The position numbers and the translations under genes were made by a program. From a virus: DNA of 64,000 bases. The notes beneath the pieces were generated by a model. That model saw nothing but the letters and a program-made list of their open reading frames with translations. It was not told where the DNA came from and ran no database searches. Every line of letters begins with the position of its first letter. The stretch's first letter is position 1. The stretch spans positions 21,017 through 85,016 of the IMG/VR virus record IMGVR_UViG_3300036826_000357. One strand, written 5' to 3'. Positions 18,281-27,951 of the stretch are shown here, piece after piece.

Positions 18281-18516
18281 TTGTTCTCCTCCTTCCCTGG
18301 TATCTGGCAGGCACACACCGTCCCGCCAGCCACCTGTCCGCGTGCATACTCCCGCTCGATGTCGCCATCGGCGTAGAGCGTCACGTTCTCGCCGGCTGCA
18401 CGTCCCTGGTTGCGATGCGACTGCCAGACGTACTCCCAGAAGCATCGCACAGCCGCATCGTGATCGGTCCCGGTGTGTACGGTCCCGATGTTGCCAACGA
18501 CCACTTCGTAGGTCAT
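18277..18516 (-). CDS. hypothetical phage protein
   Basis: YEVVVGNIGTVH..GRAAGENVTLY.DG motifs. Confidence 0.65.
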   Translation of the reverse strand: MTYEVVVGNIGTVHTGTDHDAAVRCFWEYVWQSHRNQGRAAGENVTLYADGDIEREYARGQVAGGTVCACQIPGKEENK

Positions 18517-18618
18517 CCGCCAAGCCCTCTCATCGCGGGTTCAGGTCGTCGCGATCCGCGAGTGCGACCAGTCCAACCACCGCGAGCGTACCGCCCACGG
18601 CAATCATGCCAAGTATCG

Positions 18619-18888
18619 TCAAGGCTTGTCCTCCTTTCGTTGCTCAGTGTTCCGCCGCAACGCGAGTGCCAGGTTCCGGAACACGGCGTGTGCCTCGGAA
18701 TGGAAATCCCGCTGCGCTTGCCTCGCCAGATTCAGCAATGCGATCGGAAGTCCCGGCCCCTCGTACTCTCCGGAGACAACGCCCCGGAGATACTGAATCA
18801 GGCTCCAGCGCGATGCCTGGTCGAGCTTGCCCGCAGCTTCGAGCAAGCCGGCAAACTGCGCTGGAGTCATGGATGGAATCAGTGTCAT
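18619..18888 (-). CDS. hypothetical protein
   Basis: 89 aa ORF. Confidence 0.55.
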   Translation of the reverse strand: MTLIPSMTPAQFAGLLEAAGKLDQASRWSLIQYLRGVVSGEYEGPGLPIALLNLARQAQRDFHSEAHAVFRNLALALRRNTEQRKEDKP

Positions 18889-18910
18889 AGGTTGGTGATC
18901 GGTCCTTTCT

Positions 18911-18938
18911 GCCCCCGGAGGGGGAATCCCCCGGGGGC
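18911..18938. terminator. GC-rich hairpin after the DUF932-like gene
   Basis: GCCCCCGG..CCGGGGGC stem; weak U tract. Confidence 0.5.
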
Positions 18939-18954
18939 GGTTATGGGTTGGTGG

Positions 18955-20061
18955 TTAGTCAACGAGTTCCCCGTCGACATCCTCGGCCTTGCCGAGCGTG
19001 CCGTCCACGATCTGACCGGCCATCCGCTCAAGCTCCAGCCGGCGAACCGGCGTGACCGTCTTCGCCTGCGCGATCCAACTCAGCGCGTTACTCGCGCGCC
19101 ATGTCGTCTCGCCTTCAGGCAGGTTCACGATGTCCGGCCCGTTGAAGGCATCCTCTGCCTGCCGGTACTCCTCCTTCGAGAGCAGCGTCTTCAGATGCGC
19201 CAGGCCCTTGAACGTGATCCCGGAGTCTGCCGCCTTCTTGATGCGCGCGACGATGCTGTCTCGCCGCTCCTGACTGAAGACCGCCTTGACGGCATCGAAC
19301 GTGGCCGACTTGGTGGTCTCATGGTCCAGCCGGTAGGTCTCCGCCGAGAACACGATGTCCTCGGTGAGCTTCCGGCCCAGATGCACCTGGCCGAACACGT
19401 CCTCGGTGGTCATGCCGTTCAGACACACCAACCGCTCGAAGAACGCGCGGATGCTGTTCTTCCCGTCGCCGAATTCGCTGTTGCTCCACTCGGCTCCGAA
19501 CACGCCCCACTCGCCAGGGAGTAGCTCGATCACGTCACTGCCGATGGCGCGCAGCGACACGCGGGTCTCGGTCACGAGCCCACCGTAGGGCTGGGCACCG
19601 ACCGCCTGCATCGCGTTGACCACCGCGTCGAGCAGTGGCCGCGAGTCGATGCGGCGGAACTTGTCGGACAGCACGCCGAGCGCCTGCCCGTTCACGCGCC
19701 GAACCAGGTAGCTCGACGGTGAGTGATGATAGGTCTCGTTGAGGATGTGGATGAGGAGTTCACGCTGCCATGCGGCACCGTCGAAGAGCTTGCCGGCATA
19801 CCGGCCGTCCACGCCACCCTTCTGGAACACCTGTGTCCGCGCGTGCGGATGCAGCGGCGCAAGGAAATCCTGCGGGCCGCGTAGCACCAACTCGCGCGTC
19901 GTCTCGTCTGCCGTGCCGTACTGCATGGCGCGACCGGCGATGAGGGAGTCCTGAATCATGCGCTGCCCCGTGGCCTCGATCACAGCCTGCGAATTCCGGA
20001 GGCGCTGATCGATGGTCGCACGAAGCTTCGCTTCTGCTTCCCTTCCATTGGTAATGTTCAT
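18955..20061 (-). CDS. DUF932-like protein
   Basis: GVLSDKFRRID, SNSEFG.G and RLVCLNGM motifs. Confidence 0.8.
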   Translation of the reverse strand: MNITNGREAEAKLRATIDQRLRNSQAVIEATGQRMIQDSLIAGRAMQYGTADETTRELVLRGPQDFLAPLHPHARTQVFQKGGVDGRYAGKLFDGAAWQRELLIHILNETYHHSPSSYLVRRVNGQALGVLSDKFRRIDSRPLLDAVVNAMQAVGAQPYGGLVTETRVSLRAIGSDVIELLPGEWGVFGAEWSNSEFGDGKNSIRAFFERLVCLNGMTTEDVFGQVHLGRKLTEDIVFSAETYRLDHETTKSATFDAVKAVFSQERRDSIVARIKKAADSGITFKGLAHLKTLLSKEEYRQAEDAFNGPDIVNLPEGETTWRASNALSWIAQAKTVTPVRRLELERMAGQIVDGTLGKAEDVDGELVD

Positions 20062-20114
20062 TGCTTGTCTCTTTCTCTTCTTTCCGCCCACTCGGGGGCC
20101 TGTTTGATGATGTG

Positions 20115-20143
20115 AATCTGGGTCCGGTTGTGGTCTTTGTCAA
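20115..20143 (-). promoter_or_regulatory. promoter TTGACA-N17-CAGATT
   Basis: TTGACAAAG -35 upstream of the DUF932-like gene. Confidence 0.55.
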
Positions 20144-20167
20144 GGGTCTGGTCTCGTCTCACTTTCC

Positions 20168-20194
20168 GCTCCGGGGAGGGTCGCTCCCCGGAGC
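20168..20194. terminator. 11-bp perfect hairpin
   Basis: GCTCCGGGGAG/CTCCCCGGAGC. Confidence 0.6.
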
Positions 20195-20353
20195 TTTCGG
20201 TTGTCCGTTACCCGAACAGGAGCCAGTCGATGGCGGGGATCAGTGTCGGGGCCATGCAGGCCATTGCCGCGACGAGCGCGAGCCCAGCGGCCATCGTGTC
20301 ACTGAACGCCTTCCCATCCTTCTCCCATGCGGGAGTCTTCGTTGGACGTGCCA

Positions 20354-20560
20354 TTAGCTGACTACCTCCGTAGTAGTAACCTCGGTCGGGTGATGCTCGA
20401 ACACTGCATTGAGCACCGGCACCTTCGCGATCAGCGTCCCGGCCAGGATCACCGGCAGAACGCGCATCGTCGCTTCGGCAGCGACCAGGATGAGAAACTC
20501 CGCGAACCGATCACGGGCTTTCTCATGCTTCTTCGGAACGTGATGCCGCACCTTACTCAT
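20354..20560 (-). CDS. small membrane-associated protein
   Basis: hydrophobic central segment. Confidence 0.5.
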   Translation of the reverse strand: MSKVRHHVPKKHEKARDRFAEFLILVAAEATMRVLPVILAGTLIAKVPVLNAVFEHHPTEVTTTEVVS

Positions 20561-20684
20561 TGAACCTACTGTACCTTTCTTTTTGGCATGCGATTGGAGC
20601 CGCATGCGGGGGTTGGATTTCGGTCGGTTCCAGCCTCTCGGTTGTTGTCCCTGTCTCGTCCTCCTTTCCTTTCTCTCTGACCCC

Positions 20685-20712
20685 ATTGTAAGGCGGGTCG
20701 ATTCTTTGTCAA
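20685..20712 (-). promoter_or_regulatory. promoter TTGACA-N16-TACAAT
   Basis: near-consensus. Confidence 0.75.
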
Positions 20713-20722
20713 GGCCACCGAA

Positions 20723-20909
20723 CTATCGAACGTTGCTGGCCTTTTGCGGCTCACACGCCGCGCGGAAGCGTACCTCATCGAAACGTGGTCCGAACTTCCC
20801 GGAAGAGCGCACAGTACGCCTCCATGGCCAGGTCCGCGTGCGTGCGGTCAGTAACGGTGTGGTACCAGCGGACTTGCTCCGCCGCCCACTCGAAGTGTTG
20901 CTTTGTCAT
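20723..20909 (-). pseudogene. small leaderless gene with an apparent 1-nt frameshift
   Basis: MTKQHFE..LFR continues as KFGPRFDEVRFRAAC in the +1 frame. Confidence 0.5.
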
Positions 20910-20915
20910 ACCCCT

Positions 20916-20943
20916 AATCTAGTCACCTTCTGTCCTTTGTCAA
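20916..20943 (-). promoter_or_regulatory. promoter TTGACA-N16-TAGATT, leaderless ATG 6 nt downstream
   Basis: read directly; left member of the divergent pair. Confidence 0.75.
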
Positions 20944-20997
20944 GGACGCTGTTTTTCCCCTGACTTTCCGCCAGGTTGACCCGAAGTTAAGGCCCCC

Positions 20998-21025
20998 TTG
21001 ACGAAAGTCAACCCCGCCTTACCAT
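20998..21025 (+). promoter_or_regulatory. promoter TTGACG-N16-TACCAT
   Basis: right member of the divergent pair; ATGACAAAG at 21034. Confidence 0.7.
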
Positions 21026-21033
21026 GGGGAGCC

Positions 21034-21222
21034 ATGACAAAGAATCAACGGAGCACCGCGATCGAGGTACTCGGAGAAGCCGAGCGATTACGGGTACTTG
21101 TGGCCAAGCTCCTGGCCGCGCCAACCGTCGTCACGCCCACCGCACTAGCCTGTGCGCGCGGGATCGTGGCCCGGCTCGAAGCCCTGGACCAGGCCAATTC
21201 CTCAACGAAGTCGCGAGCTTAA
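21034..21222 (+). CDS. small early protein
   Basis: starts MTK immediately after the promoter. Confidence 0.6.
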   Translation: MTKNQRSTAIEVLGEAERLRVLVAKLLAAPTVVTPTALACARGIVARLEALDQANSSTKSRA

Positions 21223-21230
21223 AGTGGGTA

Positions 21231-21258
21231 TTGACAAAGGACGATGGGTGCTTACATT
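21231..21258 (+). promoter_or_regulatory. promoter TTGACA-N16-TACATT
   Basis: ATGACAAAG 6 nt downstream. Confidence 0.75.
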
Positions 21259-21437
21259 AAGGCCATGACAAAGAGTGACCCAGAAGGAGGCTGTGCGATG
21301 TTCGACTTTGGCGCGGCGGGCTACATCGTGATGGAAGCTCTCGAAGCCTACTTGATACGTTTCCGCGCTGGGACCGAGACAATCGTGTTCATGGACCCAT
21401 GGATGGAAGGTGCACACCGATGAAGAAGGAGGCTGCG

Positions 21438-21857
21438 ATGACGCTGTGCAGAATTTGCCAAGAGCATCCCGCATTCGACAACACGGGCGTATGCCGGTGG
21501 GAATCGTGCGAGCGTGAAGCTCAGAAGGTAGCCATAAAGCTCGATGACGCGATCAAGAGCTTCAGGAAGGCGCAGCACGACTACGCCGACTACGGCGCGG
21601 GCGATACTGAGCCCGACACCGAATTCGAGCACAGTCTCATGCGCGCGTACCACGGGACGGAAGATGTCCCGACAACGGCGGATGCCTGGCAACTCTACCA
21701 CGAGATGAAGTGCGGCCGGGCCGCGAAGGCACTGAGTAGTGCCACACGTCGCTGCGTGCGACTCATCCTGAAGGCTCCGATGAAGGACCGCGCCGCGATC
21801 CGGAAGACTCTCGAAGCGAACTTGTGGCGACTCACCGACAGCCTGAGGGACCGATGA
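21438..21857 (+). CDS. hypothetical protein
   Basis: AAGGAGG RBS; YADYGAGDTEP motif. Confidence 0.7.
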   Translation: MTLCRICQEHPAFDNTGVCRWESCEREAQKVAIKLDDAIKSFRKAQHDYADYGAGDTEPDTEFEHSLMRAYHGTEDVPTTADAWQLYHEMKCGRAAKALSSATRRCVRLILKAPMKDRAAIRKTLEANLWRLTDSLRDR

Positions 21858-22233
21858 CCGAACGATTCGAGGACTGGTTCGAGCGTATCTCGAAGCTCTC
21901 GCCGACACGCGAGTTCCATTGCGTGATCTGCAAGACGCGACTGCTCGCCAAGCAGACCTGCTTCGATGAGAAGGCGCGACCATTCTGCAACGACCACATC
22001 GGGCTGCTGCCCGGAAAGGAAAATCGATGACCTACGAGGACGGCCGCATCCGCGTAATCCGCCCGTCTGACCGCTCCGTGTACTTCGCGAAGCGTGTCAC
22101 GGCTCGCGCTCCACATCGGTGTTCGTTCCTGTCACCGCGTGATTCCGACACGGGAGACCTACGGACGGACCCGACACTTCCACTCGTCGCGCACCGCCGA
22201 CTACCGCGTGTGCCGCGACCATTGGGTGACTGA

Positions 22234-22527
22234 ATGAAAACCCGCATCGCCGCTCGCATCAACTGGCTGGTCGATGCGGAGACCCGCGAAGTCTACGCCA
22301 CCACCAGCACCGCGCCGGCTGAGAACGCGCCGACCATGTGCTGGCGCTGCGGCGGGAACGGCTTCGCGGACCATGGCAACCGCCGCGCCGTGTACTTCTC
22401 CGTTCGAGACCGCAACTCGAAATGGAAAAACCTGTCGACACACGTCATACATCTTGGCTGCGTGCCGACGCGTGATTATACTACCAAAGGAATCCCCGCA
22501 CGAAAGGCGGGGGGAAGGAGAATTTGA
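22234..22527 (+). CDS. hypothetical zinc-binding protein
   Basis: CWRCG..HLGC. Confidence 0.55.
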   Translation: MKTRIAARINWLVDAETREVYATTSTAPAENAPTMCWRCGGNGFADHGNRRAVYFSVRDRNSKWKNLSTHVIHLGCVPTRDYTTKGIPARKAGGRRI

Positions 22528-22531
22528 ATTC

Positions 22532-23062
22532 ATGTCCAACGACAACGACTACAATTACCCGGAGCTTCGACAAGTGTTCCGGGAGGAAGCCTGGAAGCTC
22601 GCGCAACTACTGCACGAGTACACTGCCAGCTTTGACGAGGGATCGACCGACTCGACTCTGCGCCTGAACAATCGCCTGCGCTACTACCGCATCGAAGCCC
22701 GCTGGATCCGTCACCCGGGTCTGGTCAAGCTCATCGGAGCCGGCCGTCCGAAGACCCTCACCTACAAGCTCGCGAACTTCGCGGAGAAGATCGCCAAGCG
22801 CATCACCGTGATTGCGCTGAAGCGCCGGCAGGAAGACCTGGCTCGCGCGGCACAGCATGCCGAGTACGAGGCACTCGAACGGACCTGGAAGGATGCCTTC
22901 GGACCACTGCTCCGCGTCGTAGACGAGGATGAGCGCCTGTACCTCGGCTCCGAAGCGAAGGATGGCGATGTGTTCCTCAGCCTGCGCAACCTGACCTACG
23001 AGGAGGCGAAGAGCGTCATCACCATGATCCACAAACCAAAGGAGGATACACATGGAGCGTAA
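22532..23062 (+). CDS. hypothetical protein
   Basis: AAGGAG RBS before ATG 22532. Confidence 0.7.
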   Translation: MSNDNDYNYPELRQVFREEAWKLAQLLHEYTASFDEGSTDSTLRLNNRLRYYRIEARWIRHPGLVKLIGAGRPKTLTYKLANFAEKIAKRITVIALKRRQEDLARAAQHAEYEALERTWKDAFGPLLRVVDEDERLYLGSEAKDGDVFLSLRNLTYEEAKSVITMIHKPKEDTHGA

Positions 23063-23315
23063 ACGGCCCGAACAGATCGTCGGCGAGCGGCTCGCGAAGA
23101 TCATCTTCGACCGGCGCAGCCGCAAGCAGCGCAACGTCGAGATTCACATCACCGAGCGCGACCTGGCTGCAATCCTGGCCGAAGCATTCGCCATGGGACT
23201 GGTCCAGGCAGAGCCGCCAACTCGACCGGAGCCGACCGATCATCCGACCTGCTGCGACTTCCATGCCGGGGGCGGCGCGCTGTCTCATCCGCATGGGTCG
23301 GGACTGAACGTATGA
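23052..23315 (+). CDS. hypothetical protein
   Basis: GGAGG RBS. Confidence 0.6.
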   Translation: MERKRPEQIVGERLAKIIFDRRSRKQRNVEIHITERDLAAILAEAFAMGLVQAEPPTRPEPTDHPTCCDFHAGGGALSHPHGSGLNV

Positions 23316-23424
23316 CACGACGACTCAACCTGAAGACACTGCTCCGCGACCCTGTGTTGCGCGCAGACATCATCGCCGCCGCCGTCGCGTTCATCGTCGC
23401 GGTCGAAGCCGGGGAGCGTGCTCG

Positions 23425-23634
23425 ATGACCCGCTTCTCGAAAGCCGTCCTGAAAGACGGCAAGCTCGTGGAAACGGACGTGCGCGAAATCGCACAGTCCG
23501 ATCTACTCGCCTGCCCACACACGATCCTCATGGCCGAGCACTACCGACCGGACGGCTCGTGCCGTTGCAACGACCCGGAGCACACCATCATGCGCGAGTG
23601 GGGATACCGCTGGAAGGATGGAGCCTGGTCTTGA
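23425..23634 (+). CDS. small Cys/His protein
   Basis: CPH..HYRPDGSCRCND motif. Confidence 0.65.
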   Translation: MTRFSKAVLKDGKLVETDVREIAQSDLLACPHTILMAEHYRPDGSCRCNDPEHTIMREWGYRWKDGAWS

Positions 23635-23659
23635 CAAAAACACATCCACTCCTTACCTT
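23631..23659 (+). promoter_or_regulatory. promoter TTGACA-N17-TACCTT
   Basis: ATG 7 nt downstream (23667). Confidence 0.7.
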
Positions 23660-23798
23660 ACCCGACATGAACACTCCGAATGGATACACCAAGTTCCCGC
23701 TGGGGAAGGTGGTCATCTGCGAAAGGCTGATGAGGACACCGCGCAGCAGTCCGGGTACATGACGCGCTGGCAAAGCTGACCCTCAGGAGGACCACGCG

Positions 23799-24122
23799 AT
23801 GGCACAGCACTATAGCGACCCGAAACGCGAAAGCGATCCACACGCATTGCCGGATATTGAAGTCTGGCACCATTCTTGTGGATTCGATGCCAGCATGCCA
23901 GCGGGAATGGATGAAGCGGACTGTGAGTATCGGTCAGGCTGGTACTGGTGGTCCTGCTTCCCTGGATGCCTGCCCGATGGCGAGCCTAGCGGGCCGTTCG
24001 AGACAGAGGCAGATGCATTGGCGGATGCGCGGGACGGATTATGCGATGACCTGCACTGCCGGGCTTGTTGCCCCATTTGTAAGAGTGGTGAATTGTACGA
24101 AGAAGAAGGAGAGACGCGATGA
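23799..24122 (+). CDS. hypothetical phage protein
   Basis: GWYWWSCFPGCLPDGEPSGPFETEADALADAR; GGAGG RBS. Confidence 0.75.
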   Translation: MAQHYSDPKRESDPHALPDIEVWHHSCGFDASMPAGMDEADCEYRSGWYWWSCFPGCLPDGEPSGPFETEADALADARDGLCDDLHCRACCPICKSGELYEEEGETR

Positions 24123-24166
24123 CCACGGCGAATGCCGAAAGAAAACTCACCGAGTGGAGGATCTAA

Positions 24167-24427
24167 ATGGACGAGCACACCATCACTGTCGACGTAACGG
24201 TCGCCGGCATCTTGGACCGCGAACTCGACTACCTTGTGGGAGCGCTGACGCCCCGGCACGCCGCCATCAGTATCGGGCCTGTCCGGGGCATCGAGCGCGA
24301 CCTGAACATCCGCATGACCATCGAGGGACAGCATGCACTGGTCTACGCGGTTCGCGAAGTCGATGCGATCCTGCGCGACATGGGCGTCTGGCACCAGTTC
24401 ACGCGCGCGGAAGAATTGGTCGAATAA
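24167..24427 (+). CDS. hypothetical protein
   Basis: GGAGG RBS, TAATG coupling. Confidence 0.6.
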   Translation: MDEHTITVDVTVAGILDRELDYLVGALTPRHAAISIGPVRGIERDLNIRMTIEGQHALVYAVREVDAILRDMGVWHQFTRAEELVE

Positions 24428-24837
24428 TGTTCCCATCCCTCACCAACTGCCGCATCCGCATCTACTGGAACATCCGGAAGAAGTGCTACTCGATGCTCAA
24501 CCCGGAGACCGGCCGCGTCATCGGACACGCGTCCAACGTCTACCTGCGTGACGCACGCTTCATCGTCAATGCCGCCGGCCGGGATCGCGTCCGCAGCGAG
24601 CGCCGGAAGAATGTCCACGCTTTCGTAGACGGCCGGCTCACCGAGCCGCCTCTCACCGCCCTGGAACGATTCATGCCGATCCGCGTGAACTACAATCCAT
24701 ACCGTGACGACGGCTTCGTAGCCAACCCGGTCGATGCACCATGGTTCCCCAACCACACCGTCACCGACGCATGGCACGTCGCCGGCATCACCGACCGACG
24801 CGGCCGACCCGTGATTCGAGCGGGAGGCATCATATGA
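24427..24837 (+). CDS. conserved phage hypothetical protein
   Basis: IYWNIRKKCYS, RKNVHAFVDG and VNYNPY motifs. Confidence 0.75.
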   Translation: MFPSLTNCRIRIYWNIRKKCYSMLNPETGRVIGHASNVYLRDARFIVNAAGRDRVRSERRKNVHAFVDGRLTEPPLTALERFMPIRVNYNPYRDDGFVANPVDAPWFPNHTVTDAWHVAGITDRRGRPVIRAGGII

Positions 24838-25232
24838 AGGAGGAAACTGAAACCATGTCTGACAACGTTTGGACTACACCACCCGAGTCGGAGACTGGAC
24901 CGCCGGTCTACCCGACAGACGGCTTCATGTTCCGCCCGCTGAGTGACGACGAGGCAGAAACCTTCGCCGCACATGCGCGCGAGCATGGCCCCGAGAAACC
25001 CGACTGGCGTCTGTACCATCCGGTCTGCCGCCGCGAACGCGGGTATCGTCCCGCAGAAAGTGAGAAGAATCATGCCTGAGAAAGGAACACACCTGGAGAA
25101 AGCACCGACCATCCGCCCGTGCGGCTGCACACATCCCGCACAGGACAAGTGGTATGGAGCCGGCAAGCGCGTCCACAATCCGACTGCGGAAGGATGGCGT
25201 TGTACGGTCTGCGCCACGGAGAAGAAGGTCAC

Positions 25233-25484
25233 ATGACCAAAGGACCAATCGCAAAAAAGTCCATGGCGGAATTCCGCCGCGAGCTTCAGGAAGAGGAGGA
25301 CAAGAAACAGCGACGCATCCGTGCACTCAATGAAATGATCGAGCACGAAGCGAACAAGCTCAAGAGTATCTGCGAGAACATCGCGGCGTGTCCACCGGGA
25401 CTCTGGTGCCGCGACGACTTCCGCAACACCGCTCGCCGGCTCAACGCGCAACTCCTGCTTCGAGACAGCGAGGGACTAGAATGA
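25233..25484 (+). CDS. coiled-coil hypothetical protein
   Basis: ATGA-coupled C-terminal part of the 121-aa ORF. Confidence 0.5.
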   Translation: MTKGPIAKKSMAEFRRELQEEEDKKQRRIRALNEMIEHEANKLKSICENIAACPPGLWCRDDFRNTARRLNAQLLLRDSEGLE

Positions 25485-25894
25485 CCGACACCGAATACAT
25501 CGCGCAACTCGAAGTCATTATCGATGATGCCCTCGAACTCGCAGCCGGCTACACCGATGTCGATTGCGTCGGCGATCCGCCCCGGTTCGTTCCCAACAAA
25601 TGGATGCAGTGGTCAATCAACGCGCGTGCGACGCTGGGAACACCCGCACTGGAGCCGTCTCTGCTCGAACACACCACCGAGATACTCGAAGCGCATCGAG
25701 CCGGTGACTGCAAAGGCCCCCGCTGCCCGCTGCACAAGCGGACCGACCATCACATGCGTGACTGGCCACAACACTGGCGCGGGGATCGCCACATCATGGA
25801 GCGCATCTGTCCACACGGCTGCGGTCACCCCGATCCAGACGATATCCTGGCCCCAGATACCGTTCATGGCTGTGATGGATGCTGCAAGACATGA
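25481..25894 (+). CDS. Cys/His-rich metal-binding phage protein
   Basis: C..H..SDHHM-like, MERICPHGCGHPDPD and HGCDGCC motifs. Confidence 0.7.
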   Translation: MTDTEYIAQLEVIIDDALELAAGYTDVDCVGDPPRFVPNKWMQWSINARATLGTPALEPSLLEHTTEILEAHRAGDCKGPRCPLHKRTDHHMRDWPQHWRGDRHIMERICPHGCGHPDPDDILAPDTVHGCDGCCKT

Positions 25895-26133
25895 TCGCGT
25901 TCTGGATTGCCGGCTGGTTTACGCCGTTCTGGATTGCCGGCTGGTTGTTTACGCTTGGCATTGTCGAGGCACACGAACCCCCAGAGGACAAGATAGCGAA
26001 GGGAAGATGGGGCTTCTGGGTATTCACAGCGCTATTCTTGTTTTCGCTCTGGCCGTTTGTGCTTGGACAAGGGTTCGGCGAAGCGAAGTTCAGCCGGACA
26101 CGGAAGGAGCGCGATGAAATCCTGCCTGGTTAA
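25891..26133 (+). CDS. small membrane protein
   Basis: two aromatic hydrophobic segments; internal FWIAGW repeat. Confidence 0.55.
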   Translation: MIAFWIAGWFTPFWIAGWLFTLGIVEAHEPPEDKIAKGRWGFWVFTALFLFSLWPFVLGQGFGEAKFSRTRKERDEILPG

Positions 26134-26479
26134 TGCCGTCGTGCTCTGCCTGCTGACTGCCGCACTGCTACTCGCCGGCTGTAGCCCACACCGGATCCCC
26201 CTGCAACCACTCGATGGACAATCCGTCGAGCAAATGCACCGGGATGCCGACTACTGCACCGATGTCGCTTCGGTCTATCCACCCGGCTGGGCAAAGAGCG
26301 CTGCCGATGTCATCACCCTTGGGACACTCGGGACCAGCGTGGGACTCGGCGCGGCCGGCGATGCACGCGCTCTCGGAGTCGGCGTGGCCGGACTTGGCAT
26401 GGAGTTGACCAGCGACTCCACACCCGCGAATCGCGAAAGCGTCTACCTCCACTGTATGCATGAAAAGGGCTACGAATGA
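26114..26479 (+). CDS. lipoprotein with glycine-zipper-like segment
   Basis: lipobox LLAGC; D..YC and Y..CM..KGY motifs. Confidence 0.7.
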   Translation: MKSCLVNAVVLCLLTAALLLAGCSPHRIPLQPLDGQSVEQMHRDADYCTDVASVYPPGWAKSAADVITLGTLGTSVGLGAAGDARALGVGVAGLGMELTSDSTPANRESVYLHCMHEKGYE

Positions 26480-26651
26480 GGCTGAACGATGATGCGAGAC
26501 CTGTACGACATCTGGGTAGAGCTTGCGCTGAATGAACGCATCCGCCGCGAGTGGCTGGTGAGCGTGTTTCAGTCTGAGGAATCGGCACCGCGCATCCGGC
26601 GCTGTCTCGGATGCGGGAAGCCCCTCGCCGAAGATCCAACGGAGCACGGCG

Positions 26652-26853
26652 ATGGCTGACCCGCGCAATTGGGAACCAGACGGCTTCTACCGCGTCATCG
26701 GTCAGCACTTCGTCGCCGGCATCGAAGTCCGCTACGGCATCGTCGTCCGCACCGCCCCGATCCTCGACTGGCTCGTCGCCTGGAAACGGGAGTGGCCACT
26801 CCATCGGCTCCAAGTGTACGCCCTGCGACGAGGCTGGAAGGTGGAGCACCTGA
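26652..26853 (+). CDS. hypothetical protein
   Basis: HFVAGIEV..G.V.R.APIL.W motif; ORF track gives the stop at 26858. Confidence 0.55.
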
Positions 26854-26854
26854 T

Positions 26855-27055
26855 ATGAAGCACGTCACCGCCGAAGAGTACCGACAGATCGAAGAGGCAG
26901 ATCGCGAGTACCGCCGCACGCACAAGCGCTGCCCGTGGTGTTTCGGCGGTATCGACGTTCGCCGCAGATGGTTCCTGCTTCCAGGCTGGTGTCGGTATTG
27001 CGGCGGTACAGGACAACTGATTGTCAGATCAGACTCGCCCGAAACGTCTACCTGA
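26855..27055 (+). CDS. small DnaJ-type zinc-finger protein
   Basis: CPWCFGG..CRYCGGTG. Confidence 0.6.
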   Translation: MKHVTAEEYRQIEEADREYRRTHKRCPWCFGGIDVRRRWFLLPGWCRYCGGTGQLIVRSDSPETST

Positions 27056-27103
27056 TAGAGGCAGTTCTCTCCCCGGCTTCGTGCCCAAGGAGTCTTTCGA
27101 CGC

Positions 27104-27146
27104 GGGCGGGTCAGCCACCAAGTGTGGCCCCGCCCAGCCTCTTTTT
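27104..27146 (+). terminator. intrinsic terminator at the convergence of early and late transcripts
   Basis: GGGCGGG..CCCGCCC stem, then TTTTT running into the palindrome. Confidence 0.55.
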
Positions 27147-27161
27147 GACCACGTGGTCAAA
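27144..27161. repeat. 18-bp palindrome copy 3
   Basis: exact match; contains the TGA stop of the collagen-like gene. Confidence 0.95.
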
Positions 27162-27951
27162 TCGCGCAGCGCACGATCGCGATCAGCGTCGCTTGACTGA
27201 CCTGCGCCGTCGCCGTCACTTCGCTCGTCCAGCCAGTCGCGCCATCCGGTGCCGAGTTACTCAGCAGCAGCTTTTTCTCGTCCTGCGGTTTCGCCGTGAC
27301 AACCATGAAGCCGCCACTGACGACCTGCTCGCCTGCGAGACAGACCGCCGTCGCTGTCAGGGACTCGCCACCCTTGATCGATGTCCCCTCTGCACTCGCC
27401 GTCCGCGTCACCAGAGTGAGACTGCCGCCACCACTCCCGGTCGGTCCGGTCGCACCTGTTGCGCCGGTCGCCCCGGTCGGACCCCTGGCCCCGGTCGGCC
27501 CCATCACTCCCGCCGGCCCGGTCGGTCCCAGAGCCCCGGTTGCCCCGGCCGTCCCGGGCAGTCCCATTGGTCCGGCCGGTCCCGGCGATCCTTGAGCACC
27601 CGGCGTTCCTGGCAGTCCCGGAGCACCTGTCGGTCCCGGCATCCCCGCCGCACCGTCTACCCCGGTCGCCCCGGTCGCTCCGGTTAGCCCAGTCGGCCCG
27701 GTCGGTCCCGGCAGACCATCCCAGCCCATGGTTCCCGGTGGCCCGGGTGGCCCAGTCGGTCCAGGTGATCCCGGTGGTCCCGGTGGTCCAGTCGGTCCCG
27801 GTGGTCCAGGCTCGTTGAGACCGCCAGCCGACTTCTCCCCCTTGCGACATTCCTCCGCCCGGAGAGTCACCAGGCCATTTTTCTTCTGGCAGAAAACTGC
27901 CGCATCAGCCTGAGTCAGCGCGAGCAGCACCAGAAACGCAATCACCGCCAT
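27157..27951 (-). CDS. exported collagen-like (Gly-X-Y) protein
   Basis: signal peptide, long GPP/GPT/GAT tract, C-terminal C..G...VSGGF domain. Confidence 0.85.
   Translation of the reverse strand: MAVIAFLVLLALTQADAAVFCQKKNGLVTLRAEECRKGEKSAGGLNEPGPPGPTGPPGPPGSPGPTGPPGPPGTMGWDGLPGPTGPTGLTGATGATGVDGAAGMPGPTGAPGLPGTPGAQGSPGPAGPMGLPGTAGATGALGPTGPAGVMGPTGARGPTGATGATGATGPTGSGGGSLTLVTRTASAEGTSIKGGESLTATAVCLAGEQVVSGGFMVVTAKPQDEKKLLLSNSAPDGATGWTSEVTATAQVSQATLIAIVRCAI

Noticed and set aside
18271-19524. 417-aa plus-strand ORF and similar long antisense ORFs (for example 6422-7216, 13531-14220, 58055-58870)
   Set aside because: Shadow frames of well-supported genes in GC-rich DNA, with no motifs or RBS
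23667-23762. Functional 31-aa leaderless gene (KFPLGKVVI)
   Set aside because: Looks like the truncated start of a longer family; too little evidence to call it functional
27430-27815. Highly repetitive DNA as a non-coding repeat array
   Set aside because: Explained by 9-bp Gly-X-Y collagen codon periodicity; the overlapping ORFs are shadows
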